A stretch of DNA of 57,318 nt from an uncultured Candidatus Saccharibacteria bacterium (GTDB lineage: Bacteria; Patescibacteriota; Minisyncoccia; Phycocordibacterales; EsbW-18): positions 1 through 57,318 of the forward strand of contig CAZSMD010000001.1 in the NCBI GenBank assembly GCA_964608145.1, given 5' to 3'. Below, piece by piece: positions 1 through 9,897 of the stretch. Positions within the stretch are counted from its first letter, which is position 1. Each line of letters opens with the position of its first letter. Position numbers and translations under genes: made by a program. The notes beneath the pieces are model-generated. The model worked only from the letters and a program-made list of their open reading frames with translations, searched no databases and had not been told where the DNA came from.

Positions 1-2348
1 CGCCTTCAACGCGGAGTGACGTGTCCTTCACGTCGCGCGCCTTATCTCCGAAGATGGAGCGGAGCAAACGCTCTTCCGGCGTCAGTTGTGACTCGCCTTT
101 CGGTGTGATTTTACCGACGAGAATGTCGCCCGGCTGCACCTCAGAACCGATGCGGATAATGCCGTCTTCGTCGAGGTTGCGGAGCTTCATTTCTCCGACG
201 TTCGGAATGTCGTTTGTGGTAACTTCCGGACCAAGTTTGGTGTCGCGGACGTTACACGAGAACTCTTCGATGCGGATTGAGGAGAGATAGTTGTCGCGGA
301 CAAGCCGTTCTGAAATGATGATGGCGTCTTCAAAGTTGTTTCCAGACCAGGACATGAACGCAACGAGCAGGTTCTGTCCGAGAGCAAGCTGACCGTCAAC
401 GGATGTCGATGTGTCTGCAAGCAGGTCGCCGCGCTTTACCGAGTCGCCGACTTTGACCGCCGGACGCTGGTGGAATACCGTGAAGCCGTTTGTTCGTGAG
501 AATGTCACCAAATCATAGCGGTCGTCCTTCCCTTTCGCGTTCTTCACGACGATGTGCTTTGCATCAACTGTTTTGACCGTTCCCGCTTCCTTCGCGTACA
601 CAAGGCGTCCCGAGTCGCGTGCGGCAAATTCTTCAATACCGGTCGCCACAAGCGGTGCCTGCGGGCGTACACACGGAACCGCCTGCTTCTGCATGTTTGA
701 ACCCATGAGCGCGCGGTTTGCGTCGTCGTGGTTCAAGAACGGAATTAATGCGGTGGCGATTGAGTATGCCTGGTTTGTCGCAACGTCCATGTAATGCACG
801 TCTTTAGCGGACACAACTTTCGGTCGTCCCTTAAAACGAACCTCCACGCGCTCGTTCGTGATCTTTCCGTTTTCGTCGCGTCCTGTTGCAGCGTGTGCGA
901 TGTTGTAATTTTCTTCGTCGCGGGCGTTGAGGTATGCGATTTCCTTTGTCACCTTGCCGTCAACAACCTTTGCGTACGGTGTTTCAATGATGCCGAAGTC
1001 GTTCAGGCGGGCGTATGTCGCCAAGTGAAGAATAAGACCGATGTTCGGACCTTCAGGTGTGTGAATCGGGCAGAGGCGTCCGTAGTGTGATACGTGCACG
1101 TCACGGACTTCGAATCCTGCGCGTTCGCGCGAAAGACCGCCCGGACCGAGTGCGGACAGAATGCGGAGGTGTTCAATCTCAGAGAGAATGTTCTCCTGGC
1201 TCATGAACTGTGAAAGCTGGTTCGTTGTAAAGAACTCCTTAATCTGCGCCTGCAGCGGCTTCGGGTTCAATACATGAATCGGCAGCGTCGTCTCAACATC
1301 GATAATGGACATGCGGTCCTGGATATTGCGCTTCATGCGCGCCAAACCGACACGCATTTTTGCCTGGAGCATTTCACCGACGTAACGAACGCGTCGTGAT
1401 GCGAGATCATCAACGTCGTCTGCTTCAGAGCCCGGCGTCGTGTTCAGCATCGCAATGTGGTTCACGATGGTCGCAATATCATCAAGCGAGAGCGTACGTT
1501 CGCCGAGTGCTTTCTTTTCAAGTGATTTGCCGAAGCGCTGGTTGAAACGAAAACGGCCGACTTCAGAAAAGTCGTAGCGTTCCGCATCGAAAATACTTTT
1601 GACGAATTCACGCGCGTTATCAACCGTTGCGAGCTCGCCGTCGCGGAGCTTCTTGTGAATCTCAATAAACGACTCATCTGCGGTCTGTGCGGTATCGTGC
1701 GCAAGCGTTTTCTCGATGAATTCAAGCGTTGCCGGATTGCCCGCAAAGAGCTTCTTTATCGCATCGTTTGATTCCGCACCCAGCACGCGCAGAAGGTGCG
1801 TCACCGGGAATTTGCGCTTTCGGTCAATGCGAACCTGGATGGTCTTGTTGGGTTCTGTCTCAATTTCAACCCATGCACCGCGCGACGGAATGATTTTTGC
1901 ACCGAAGTATTCCTTGCCGCGGAATTCCTGTGATGAAAACAGCACGCCGAATGAACGGATGAGCTGCGCGACAATCACGCGCTCAACACCGTTGATGATG
2001 AACGTGCCGTGGTCAGTCTGTACCGGGACGTCTGCAATGAAGATTTCCTGCTCTTTTTCCGTGCCGAGCGATTTGTTAACGAGCTTCACCTGTGCTTTGA
2101 GCTGCACATCATAATTGAGCTTATTCTCTTTGGCGTAATGCTCGTTGAACTTCGGCTCGCCGATAGTGAGTCCGAGAAAATGCAGTTCAAACTTTTTCCC
2201 TGAATAGTCGGAGATGGGAGAAAACTCCTTGAAGAGCTCCTTGATACCCTTCTCAAGAAACCACTTAAATGAAGTGATTTGAGCCTCAGAAAGGTTCGGG
2301 AGATCCATCAGGGGCGCGGTGAACTTCGCGAAGTGCTTTTGTTTCATG
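1..2348 (-). CDS. rpoB: DNA-directed RNA polymerase beta subunit, N-terminal ~780 codons; 3' end runs off the left edge and is absent from the ORF track
   Basis: Own minus-strand translation from ATG 2346-2348: MKQKHFAKFTAPLMDLPNLSEAQITSFKWFLEKGIKELF. Later canonical RpoB blocks: GTFIINGVERVIVAQLIRS, ALGPGGLSRERAGFEVRDVH, GRLCPIHTPEGPNIGLI, NHDDANRALMGSNMQKQAVP, GDILVGKITPKGE. Confidence 0.95.
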
Positions 2349-2542
2349 GGGATACACGTGCGGCGCCGATTAAGGGCCGAAAGCTAGCGCGCGAACATAC
2401 GAACACCTCCCCCGCAGGAATGATCAGTTCCCGCGTTTGTGACGGAAAAGGTGCTAGTGTGTTCTAGCAAATTGACTGTATAAGTCGGTATTAAAAGACG
2501 AGAAGTCCAGGGACAACTCATTCCACCCCTCGTAGATTTCAG

Positions 2543-2571
2543 AGTATATAGGATGACACTGGAAACGTCAA
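2543..2571 (-). promoter_or_regulatory. candidate sigma70-type promoter for rpoB (TTGACG-17-TATACT), implying a ~190-nt 5' UTR
   Basis: Minus strand: TTGACG (2566-2571), 17-nt spacer, TATACT (2543-2548). Motif match only. Confidence 0.4.
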
Positions 2572-2602
2572 TAGGTCGCCCTTCTGTGGATAACTTTCTT
2601 GA

Positions 2603-3268
2603 CTATCTCCTCTTCTTTTTTCTCCAATCCTCAATTTTTTTATGATTGCCGGAGAGCAGGACCTTCGGCACCGCATACGATTTCTTTTTCCAGACAAATG
2701 TTTCGGGGCGTGTAAATGTTTCCTCAGGCGCTTCGCGTTTTTCCTCAAGCGATTCCGTTTTTCCGAGAACTCCCGGGATATGCCGCGCAATCGCATCAAC
2801 AACAAGGAGTGCGGGGATCTCCCCGCCGGTCACCACAAACGGACCGACTGAAATGTCCGTCGCGCGAAGTGCTTTTTTAACGCGCGCATCGATACCTTCA
2901 TAGTGTCCGGCGATAAGTATCACCGTGTCATATTTTTTTGCGAACGACGCCGCGTCACGTGCGGTGAATTGTTTTCCGCGCGGCGACATGATGAAAACGC
3001 GAGCTTGTGGCTTGTGGCTTGTAGATTTCTTGGATTTTTTCAGAGCAGCGTCGACAGCTTTGAGAATCGGCTCCGCTTTCATAACCATACCGGGGCCTCC
3101 GCCGTACGGGCGGTCATCCGCGGTGTGATGCTTGTCCGTCGTAAAATCGCGCGGATTTATCGCTGACACCGAAATAAGCTTGTTTTTCTGGGCCCGTTTG
3201 AGCATTGAGGCGTCCGTAAACGCGGCGACCGCCTCCGGAAACAATGTAATGATGGAAAACCGTTTCAT
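2603..3268 (-). CDS. trmD: tRNA (guanine37-N1)-methyltransferase
   Basis: MKRFSIITLFPE...DDRPYGGGPGMVMKAEPI...ILIAGHYEGIDARV is typical TrmD. Sits in an rpsP-KH-trmD context. Confidence 0.93.
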   Translation of the reverse strand: MKRFSIITLFPEAVAAFTDASMLKRAQKNKLISVSAINPRDFTTDKHHTADDRPYGGGPGMVMKAEPILKAVDAALKKSKKSTSHKPQARVFIMSPRGKQFTARDAASFAKKYDTVILIAGHYEGIDARVKKALRATDISVGPFVVTGGEIPALLVVDAIARHIPGVLGKTESLEEKREAPEETFTRPETFVWKKKSYAVPKVLLSGNHKKIEDWRKKKRR

Positions 3269-3291
3269 ACGATGTGCTCGTATCCTAACAC

Positions 3292-3322
3292 AAAATCCGC
3301 GCCGCCGCGGATTTTGTTTTTT
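3292..3322. terminator. bidirectional hairpin terminator between the KH gene and trmD
   Basis: AAAATCCGCG (3292-3301) pairs with CGCGGATTTT (3306-3315). A-tract on one side, T-tract on the other. Confidence 0.55.
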
Positions 3323-3340
3323 GATTCAATACCTGCTGTT

Positions 3341-3655
3341 CTATTCTTCTTTGAGTGCTGCCATTGCGTCATCAACGTTTGCCGCCGCCATGCGTGTTGA
3401 ACCTTCCGGTTCAAGAATCTTCAGATTCACGCGTGCGTTGTTTCTCATGCCGACAACACGAAGCAATGTGCGGATTGCTTTCGCGGTGTTACCTGAGCGG
3501 CCGACAACCGTACCCATGTCTTTCTGATTGACCTTGAGGGTGATGAGAACGCCCATCTCGTCAACAGTGCGAACCACTTTGACGTCATCGGGATTCTCAA
3601 CTAATGCCTTCACAACGTGCTCAAGAAACGCTGCATCTTGGAACTCCTGTGCCAT
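3341..3655 (-). CDS. KH-domain RNA-binding protein (YlqC/UPF0109-like)
   Basis: VVGRSGNTAKAIRTLLRVVG contains the GxxG KH signature. Conserved position between rpsP and trmD. Confidence 0.8.
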   Translation of the reverse strand: MAQEFQDAAFLEHVVKALVENPDDVKVVRTVDEMGVLITLKVNQKDMGTVVGRSGNTAKAIRTLLRVVGMRNNARVNLKILEPEGSTRMAAANVDDAMAALKEE

Positions 3656-3756
3656 AAGCTTTTGTTACACTAAGTGTGCGTAAAGCTTTGTAATCGTGCT
3701 CTTCGAAAAGAGCCACCGCCTCATTGGAAAGACCCAGACGGTTGCATGGAGTATAG

Positions 3757-3790
3757 AAAAAAAGGGACGCCCTGTCTAGCGTTCCTTTTT
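3757..3790. terminator. hairpin terminator downstream of rpsP
   Basis: AAAAAGGGACGC / GCGTTCCTTTTT gives a 12-bp stem with one G-T, an 8-nt loop and flanking A/T tracts. Confidence 0.55.
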
Positions 3791-3811
3791 CCTGAAAATT
3801 GTCGTCGTGCG

Positions 3812-4273
3812 CTACGCAGCCGGTTCTTCTGCGGGAGCCGGTGCCTCAGCCGGAGCTTCTGGTGCTTCCTCTGCGGGTGCCGGAGACGCCTCCGGTTGAG
3901 CCGGAGCCGCTTCCTCTGCAGGCGCTTCCTCTTTCGGTGTTTCTGCCGGAGCTTCTGCCGCTACAGGGGCCGGAGCAGCCTCGGTCTCTTCTTTTTTGAT
4001 GGGTGTCTTTTTCGGAAGGGCGTTTCGTTTCTTGCCTTCAATGATGCCCTCCGTTATGAGCATGTTGTAAACCGTATCGGACGGCTGGGCGCCTTTCTGA
4101 ATCCATGCCTTGGCCTTTTCGCCGTCGAGACGCTTGTCCTTGGTAACTGCATTATAAAAACCAACCTGATCGATATGGTTACCGGTTCGCGGTCCTTCTG
4201 TTCCTTCAACGACAATAATACGGAACGAGGGGTCGTTCTTTCGTCCTACACGCTGTAATCTCATTTTGAGCAT
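3812..4273 (-). CDS. rpsP: 30S ribosomal protein S16 with ~70-aa Ala/Pro/Glu-rich C-terminal extension
   Basis: MLKMRLQRVGRKNDPSFRIIVVE...KAKAWIQKGAQPSDTV is the S16 core. The tail is ...EETEAAPAPVAAEAPAETPKEEAPAEEAAPAQPEASPAPAEEAPEAPAEAPAPAEEPAA. Start trimmed to M13 of the track ORF. Confidence 0.9.
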   Translation of the reverse strand: MLKMRLQRVGRKNDPSFRIIVVEGTEGPRTGNHIDQVGFYNAVTKDKRLDGEKAKAWIQKGAQPSDTVYNMLITEGIIEGKKRNALPKKTPIKKEETEAAPAPVAAEAPAETPKEEAPAEEAAPAQPEASPAPAEEAPEAPAEAPAPAEEPAA

Positions 4274-4323
4274 GGGCACCATAGTAACAAAACTTCGAAG
4301 AAAAGACAAGGACCCCTCTATGC

Positions 4324-4358
4324 AAAAACCCGCCCTCCTTTCGGAGAAGCGGGTTTTT
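4324..4358. terminator. hairpin terminator between the RRM gene and rpsP
   Basis: AAAAACCCGC...GCGGGTTTTT stem with an inner CUCC/GGAG. A second 12-bp hairpin lies at 4428-4458, right after the RRM stop. Confidence 0.55.
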
Positions 4359-4458
4359 GAATAGGTTTTACTGGCGACGTAGGGCGAGGCAGCGAAAATG
4401 TATTTTCATTGCCGAGCCCGAGGAGCCAGAAAGACTTTTGGGCTTTTGCCTAAAAGTC

Positions 4459-4755
4459 TTACCAGCGGTCGTTTCGATCACCACCAAAGCTCTTTCGAGG
4501 ACGATCCTCTTTCGGACGAGCTTCGTTAACAGTGAGCGTGCGGCCTTCGAAGTCCTTACCATCGAACATTTCGATGGCCTTCTGTGCGCCTGCTTCATCT
4601 GCCATCTCAACGAAACCGAAACCACGTGAGCGACCTGTCATCTTGTCCATGATGATGTTCGCTGACGCTACTGCTCCAGCTTGTGAGAAGTGATTCAAGA
4701 GACCGTCTTCGGTTGAGCTGTAAGGCAAACCTCCGACGTACAACTTTGTTGACAT
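4459..4755 (-). CDS. RRM-type RNA-binding protein
   Basis: MSTKLYVGGLPYSSTEDGLLNHF...RGFGFVEMADEAGAQKAI contains the RNP2 and RNP1 motifs. Start trimmed to M7. Confidence 0.88.
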   Translation of the reverse strand: MSTKLYVGGLPYSSTEDGLLNHFSQAGAVASANIIMDKMTGRSRGFGFVEMADEAGAQKAIEMFDGKDFEGRTLTVNEARPKEDRPRKSFGGDRNDRW

Positions 4756-4918
4756 TGTGTTTTGTGAGCACAACTAATGAATACTTGCGAGACGACCTTC
4801 TTTCGAACGTACGCACAGATGTTGTGCACACAATGAAAAGATAAATACTCGCACGAGAACACTATAGCACAGAGGTGCTCAAAAGTAAATCAAATCAGGG
4901 ATATGCCAAACAGTGGCT

Positions 4919-5371
4919 CTATTTAACACCCAAAAGCTTGACTTCAAAGATAAGAGTTGCCCCGGGAGGAATAACGCCGCCCGCGCCGCTGTCTCCGTAT
5001 GCGAGGTCCGGGGGAATGGTGAGCCGCCGCTTTTCACCTATTTTCATGCCGGCAACCCCCTGATCCCATCCCGCAATAACCTCTCCGACGCCGAGTGTGA
5101 AAGAAAACGGCTGTCCGCGTTCAATGCTTGAGTCGAATGTTGTGCCGTCAGTAAGCGTTCCCACGTAATCAACGGTAACCGTCTTTCCATTGACGGCTTC
5201 TGCACCATTCCCCTCTTCAAGCACTTCGATGATGAGTTCGTTTGTGTTCATGGTTTGTTCAATATCAGAAGTTTCTTCCTCTACTTCTTTTATGTTGGTA
5301 AGTGAAAGCAGTAAAAATCCGACGAGTACCGCGACCGCAAGAATGCCGAGTGACACAAGTGTGTTTTTCAT
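4919..5371 (-). CDS. FKBP-type peptidyl-prolyl cis-trans isomerase with N-terminal membrane anchor
   Basis: VTVDYVGTLTDGTTFDSS...FTLGVGEVIAGWDQGVAGMKIGEKRRLTIPPDLAYG...IPPGATLIFEVKLLGV. Start trimmed to MKNTLVSLGILAV. Confidence 0.9.
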   Translation of the reverse strand: MKNTLVSLGILAVAVLVGFLLLSLTNIKEVEEETSDIEQTMNTNELIIEVLEEGNGAEAVNGKTVTVDYVGTLTDGTTFDSSIERGQPFSFTLGVGEVIAGWDQGVAGMKIGEKRRLTIPPDLAYGDSGAGGVIPPGATLIFEVKLLGVK

Positions 5372-5381
5372 AACGTAAAGA

Positions 5382-6101
5382 TTAGATTGTTGTGTTTTCG
5401 ACAAGCACATGCAGACGGTACGCATCGTCCGGCGTTTCGACACCGGCTGTCGGAACCGGTTCGACGTTCTCAATGCTCACGAGAAAAGCATCAAAACCGT
5501 GCGGCTTTTCCCCCGCAGTGATGTCCACCGTCTCCGAGTCAGTGTCGGATAGGAGGGTCACACGTGCGGTAACGCTGCCTGCCTGCACACACATTGCATT
5601 CAGGGGACACCGGCTGTCAGCAACAATGCTGTCAAACGTTACCTTGACGCCGTTTACCAGTTTTGTTTCGCCCATTTTGAGCACTCCCCGCGTTGCGTCG
5701 CCCGCTTCGCCCTCCTTGGCCTCGAGCCGGTCAACAACAAGTGTGTTCCCTTCTGAAAAAGTACCAAACACAACAACGCGCGTACCAATGATATCCGCAA
5801 GTGCATTGCTGACTTTAAGCTCGAGCGGCATGACGTAGGTTGCTCCCGTCGTTACATCAGGTGTCTCCATGATGAGACGGAATCCGTTCTCCGTCTGTTC
5901 AAGAACGCCTTCAAACGAAGTCTGGTCGGGACATGCGAGAAATGCACACGACGGCCCGGTACGTCCGACGTACGAACCATCAGGACACATGAGCGCATCT
6001 TCGGTGCAGACCACCCCATTCGAGCCGCCTTTTTGAAGCGCAAAGAAAATAAGAATACCGGCAAGCACGAGCACAGAGAGAGAAATAAGGCTTTGTTTCA
6101 T
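5382..6101 (-). CDS. hypothetical secreted or membrane-anchored protein
   Basis: MKQSLISLSVLVLAGILIFFAL signal/anchor, Cys-rich N-terminal segment, no recognisable family. Confidence 0.6.
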   Translation of the reverse strand: MKQSLISLSVLVLAGILIFFALQKGGSNGVVCTEDALMCPDGSYVGRTGPSCAFLACPDQTSFEGVLEQTENGFRLIMETPDVTTGATYVMPLELKVSNALADIIGTRVVVFGTFSEGNTLVVDRLEAKEGEAGDATRGVLKMGETKLVNGVKVTFDSIVADSRCPLNAMCVQAGSVTARVTLLSDTDSETVDITAGEKPHGFDAFLVSIENVEPVPTAGVETPDDAYRLHVLVENTTI

Positions 6102-6135
6102 ATGCGGAAAGTATACCATCCCCGCCCGCTCAAAC

Positions 6136-6166
6136 AAAAAACCTCCGAGAATCTCGGAGGTTTTTT
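6136..6166. terminator. bidirectional hairpin terminator
   Basis: AAAAAACCTCCGAGAATCTCGGAGGTTTTTT. Confidence 0.65.
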
Positions 6167-6167
6167 G

Positions 6168-6368
6168 TTATTTGAGTGAATCTGCAAGTTCCTTGGAGAG
6201 GAACTTGAACATCCCCGTTCCGCACGTTGCGCACTTGCCTTTGGCGGAATACTTTATCGCTCCGCCCTTGCCCTCTTTCTCCTCAATCTTTACGTCGGTC
6301 ATTACCTGCATCTGGTGCTCTTTGCCTTTTTGTCGGCATTTCATGCACAGTGCCATTAGTTCTGCCAT
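6168..6368 (-). CDS. small zinc-ribbon protein (DUF5679-like)
   Basis: 66 aa with CMKC...CATCG spaced as a ribbon. Family assignment is from memory of CPR small proteins. Confidence 0.6.
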   Translation of the reverse strand: MAELMALCMKCRQKGKEHQMQVMTDVKIEEKEGKGGAIKYSAKGKCATCGTGMFKFLSKELADSLK

Positions 6369-6446
6369 AAAAGAGTTGTTAGCTGATTAATGGATAATCT
6401 ACATCCACAATGACATATTCGGGTGATCTTGTGAAGAGGGCTCTGT

Positions 6447-7169
6447 TTACAGACCGGCAAGCGTCACCACCGTGTACATAACGCCCATACCAAGAACCGT
6501 GGCGACTGTCGTCCAGAGAACAGGGTGTGCGTGATGACTTTCCGGAAGCAAATCGCTCGCGCCTATGTACAAAAAGAAACCGGAGAAGAGAGCCAGCAAG
6601 GGAGCGAGAGCTGTATCGGGAAGAGAAAAGAAAAAAGTTGCGGATACACCGAGGACAGGAGCAAGGGCATCTGCAAAAAGCCACTTTACCGCGCGCTTTT
6701 TGTCTCCCCCGTTCCGTAAAATCAATCCAACTGTGTTGATACCGTCCGAAAAATCGTGCGTGAGCACCGCGGCGGCAACGACAGCGCCGAGCGCGGGAGA
6801 AACCTGAAACGCCAGACCAATGCCGATACCGTCGAGAAAACTGTGCAGGGAGAGGCTTCCTGCGCCAAGCGTGCCCTTTCCCTCGTGTTCACAGTGTTCG
6901 CAGTGCTCATCGTGTCCGTGCATGAGGAGTGTCCTGTCGAGAAGCAAATACGCGACAAAGCCAAGCCCCACAATCGCCATGATGTGCGCCGGCTCATAGA
7001 CGCCAAGACCAAGTTCAATTGCCTCGGGTATGAGGTCAAAAAAAGCAACGCCGACAATTGCCCCCGCGCTAAAACCCAAAATCAGGTGCAGACGGTCTTT
7101 GAGACGAAGCGCAAAAACACCTCCGAGGAGCGTCATGCAGAAAGCCGCGACAGTTATCGCAATCAGCAT
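6447..7169 (-). CDS. ZIP-family divalent metal (zinc) transporter
   Basis: Multi-pass membrane protein with a His/Cys-rich loop HGHDEHCEHCEHEGKG and HDFSDGINTV motifs. Confidence 0.85.
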   Translation of the reverse strand: MLIAITVAAFCMTLLGGVFALRLKDRLHLILGFSAGAIVGVAFFDLIPEAIELGLGVYEPAHIMAIVGLGFVAYLLLDRTLLMHGHDEHCEHCEHEGKGTLGAGSLSLHSFLDGIGIGLAFQVSPALGAVVAAAVLTHDFSDGINTVGLILRNGGDKKRAVKWLFADALAPVLGVSATFFFSLPDTALAPLLALFSGFFLYIGASDLLPESHHAHPVLWTTVATVLGMGVMYTVVTLAGL

Positions 7170-7245
7170 ATGTGCTTTAGCATAGCAGAAAGCTCACGCA
7201 TGCGCGCGCCGTATTCGTCAAAAGCACAATTGTGTGCTATGCTCC

Positions 7246-9228
7246 ATGCACATCATGCAGAAACACAGGGATACGCATCAACAGCACGCTCACGGAAAGG
7301 CACACACTCCTCGAACCATAGAAGCCGTCGTCAGCACAACGGCAAAGGGACTCGGATTTGTGACACACCCCGACCTTGAAGAAGACGTCCGCATCGAAGC
7401 GGGCTTTTTGAACACAGCGCTCAACCGCGATCTCGTCGAGGTGCTTCTCCACCCCATGAAAAAAGACGAGCAGCCGACAGGAGAAGTGGTGCGCGTTGTA
7501 AAACGGGCACGGACAAAATTTGTCGGCACCGTTGCCGAAGAAAACGGCGCATGGTTTGTCATTCCCGATGACCGGCGCATGTACACAAATATCCTGCTTA
7601 CCGAAGCGCCGAAAGACGCCGGGGCCGGCGACAAAGTGTTCACGGAACTTAAACCGTGGACCGACCCGAAACAGCAGCCCGTCGGCACACTTCTCGAGAT
7701 TATCGGAAAGAAAGGAAATCACGAAGCGGAAATCCGCTCCATCATCCTTGAAAACGGCATCGACGATTCTTTCCCGGCGGCGGTTGAAACAGAAGCAGAG
7801 GAAATCTGGAAAGCACACGGTGTACACACACCGGAAGATTTGGCAGGACGCGAAGACATCCGTTCAACTCCTACCTGCACGATTGACCCCGTTGATGCAA
7901 AAGATTTTGACGACGCGCTTTCGCTGAAACAGCTGCCCGACGGCAACATCGAAGTCGGCGTTCACATCGCCGACGTAACGCACTACGTGACCCCGGGAAG
8001 CGCCCTTGACCAGGAAGCGCTCCTCCGTGCATTTTCGGTCTATCTCGTCGACCGCACCATCCCCATGCTTCCCGAGGTGCTCTCAAACGACCTTTGCAGT
8101 CTGAAGCCCGACGTTGACCGGCTCGCCTTCTCCTGCTTCGCGACGATCAACACAAATGCTGACGTCGTTTCATACCGGTTTGCAAAAACCATCATCCGTT
8201 CACAAAAACGATTTACCTACGAAGAAGCGCAAAGCGTGCTCAATGAGGGAGAGGGTCCGTTCTTTAAAGAACTGGAGATCCTCAACAGATACGCAACGAC
8301 TATGCGTGAACGCCGCATGCGCGCAGGTTCGATTGATTTTGAACAGCATGAGGTGCGCTTTGAACTCGCCGACGACGGCGTGCCGCTCTCGGCGTACACC
8401 AAGGAACGGCTCGACACACACAAACTCATTGAAGAGTTCATGTTGCTCGCAAACTACACTGTTGCCACGCATATCCGCGACCATTTCGGCGGCAAGGGCA
8501 AGCAGCACGTATTCATCTACCGCACACACGACCACCCGGACCGCGAAAAACTCAAAACGCTTGCTGAGTTTGTAAAGGTGACCGGCCATACGCTTGAGCT
8601 CTCCCGCAACGGTGACGTCACCGGACAAGCGCTTAATCGCCTGTTCACGTCTGTCGAAGGCACGCCCGAGGAAGACCTCATTAAAACCGCCGGCCTGCGT
8701 TCTATGGCAAAAGCCGCATACACCGTAGGAAACATCGGCCACTTCGGACTCGCACTCCCCGCGTATACGCACTTCACATCGCCGATTCGGCGCTACGCCG
8801 ACATGCTCGTGCACCGGCTCTTGTATGAGTCAATGATAAAAGGCTCACTGCCGAATCAGGAATGGGCGACATACGACCGTATTGCCCGCGACATTTCCGC
8901 GCGCGAAATCGACGTCATCGGAGCCGAACGCGACTCCGTGAAATACAAGCAGGTTGAGTACATGAGCTCGCGCATCGGCGAAACATTTGACGCAATTATT
9001 TCGGGCGTATCCGAATGGGGATTGTTTGTTTCTGAAATAACCACCAAAGCAGAAGGACTTGTGTCCATACGCTCGCTTGGCGACGACTTTTACGTTCTTG
9101 AACCCAAAAAGTACCGCCTCATCGGGCGGAAGAAAAAGAAAATATATGCGCTCGGAGACCGCGTACGCGTCAAACTCGAGGCGACCAATGTCGATCGAAA
9201 AACAATTGATTTCTCGTTTGTGCAATAG
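7246..9228 (+). CDS. rnr: ribonuclease R (RNB family 3'-5' exoribonuclease with C-terminal S1 domain)
   Basis: GFGFV-like N-terminal cold-shock region, then IDPVDAKDFDDALS...VGVHIADVTHYV...FSVYLVDRTIPMLP...HFGLALPAYTHFTSPIRRYADMLVHR and a C-terminal S1. Start is uncertain: GTG 7234, ATG 7246 or ATG 7255. Confidence 0.92.
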   Translation: MHIMQKHRDTHQQHAHGKAHTPRTIEAVVSTTAKGLGFVTHPDLEEDVRIEAGFLNTALNRDLVEVLLHPMKKDEQPTGEVVRVVKRARTKFVGTVAEENGAWFVIPDDRRMYTNILLTEAPKDAGAGDKVFTELKPWTDPKQQPVGTLLEIIGKKGNHEAEIRSIILENGIDDSFPAAVETEAEEIWKAHGVHTPEDLAGREDIRSTPTCTIDPVDAKDFDDALSLKQLPDGNIEVGVHIADVTHYVTPGSALDQEALLRAFSVYLVDRTIPMLPEVLSNDLCSLKPDVDRLAFSCFATINTNADVVSYRFAKTIIRSQKRFTYEEAQSVLNEGEGPFFKELEILNRYATTMRERRMRAGSIDFEQHEVRFELADDGVPLSAYTKERLDTHKLIEEFMLLANYTVATHIRDHFGGKGKQHVFIYRTHDHPDREKLKTLAEFVKVTGHTLELSRNGDVTGQALNRLFTSVEGTPEEDLIKTAGLRSMAKAAYTVGNIGHFGLALPAYTHFTSPIRRYADMLVHRLLYESMIKGSLPNQEWATYDRIARDISAREIDVIGAERDSVKYKQVEYMSSRIGETFDAIISGVSEWGLFVSEITTKAEGLVSIRSLGDDFYVLEPKKYRLIGRKKKKIYALGDRVRVKLEATNVDRKTIDFSFVQ

Positions 9229-9232
9229 AAAA

Positions 9233-9255
9233 GCCGCCGGCACGAAACCGGCGGC
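9233..9255. terminator. hairpin terminator (U-tract on the minus strand)
   Basis: GCCGCCGG / CCGGCGGC stem between rnr and the convergent small ORF. Confidence 0.55.
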
Positions 9256-9272
9256 ATAAAGCCGAGCCCCTG

Positions 9273-9560
9273 CTACCCTCCGTGAACCTGGGCGAGTTGC
9301 TCCGGGGAGGCCTTCCGAAGACCGACATACTCCACGAGCACGGTTTCGTTGCGTACGGCAAGCACCCGAAAGCGAAGCCGTATGCCGGAAGTAACCCATC
9401 GCTCGCTTCGCCTGTCGAGGACGTGTCTGACGCCGTTGACAAACGCGCGGAACTGCCACCCGTGCTTCTTGTCGAAACACCACGTGAAGGCCATTTCCAA
9501 CGTCCCGTCATCCAACCGAATAATCTCGGTCGTGTCCTGCCTGCCCGTCAAAGGAATCAT
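9273..9560 (-). CDS. hypothetical protein (95 aa)
   Basis: ORF with AAAGGGG 4-5 nt upstream of the internal ATG (MIPLTGRQDTTEII...). No family recognised. Confidence 0.45.
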   Translation of the reverse strand: MIPLTGRQDTTEIIRLDDGTLEMAFTWCFDKKHGWQFRAFVNGVRHVLDRRSERWVTSGIRLRFRVLAVRNETVLVEYVGLRKASPEQLAQVHGG

Positions 9561-9679
9561 ACAACCCCTTTCAGAGACGCCTCGTGCGTATAGAAAACCC
9601 AAAGAATTCTGAAAATATTATATCTTGGTAATTAAATAGAGTCAACCTGCACCGCGGCAATACAAAAAGTGGTACACTG

Positions 9680-9889
9680 ATGCACATGGAAACAGCGCTT
9701 CCGGCAAATGTGCTCTGGATTGTGTGGGCACTCATCCTCCTCATCACGGTGTTCATGACGTCGATACTCGCCTATCACTGGCGGCCACACCGCGCGTACG
9801 ACCCGCACGTGACGCTCATGGCCAAAGTGTATTACACCATTACGGGACTTCTGCTCCTCGGCTCCGCCGGAATTCTTATTGCACTCTAA
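9680..9889 (+). CDS. small two-TM membrane protein
   Basis: Two hydrophobic helices: VLWIVWALILLITVFMTSILAY and YYTITGLLLLGSAGILIAL. Confidence 0.5.
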   Translation: MHMETALPANVLWIVWALILLITVFMTSILAYHWRPHRAYDPHVTLMAKVYYTITGLLLLGSAGILIAL

Positions 9890-9897
9890 ACCTGCCT

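Noticed and set aside
2985-3015. The GCTTGTGGCTTGTGGCTTGTAG repeat inside trmD resembles GAGCTTGTAGCTTGGGGCTTGTGG in the mraZ-rsmH spacer (33187-33212).
   Set aside because: In trmD it is in-frame coding sequence for a Lys/Ser/His-rich loop (KKSTSHKPQA). The similarity is between simple ACAAGC-type repeats with several mismatches and is probably coincidental low complexity.
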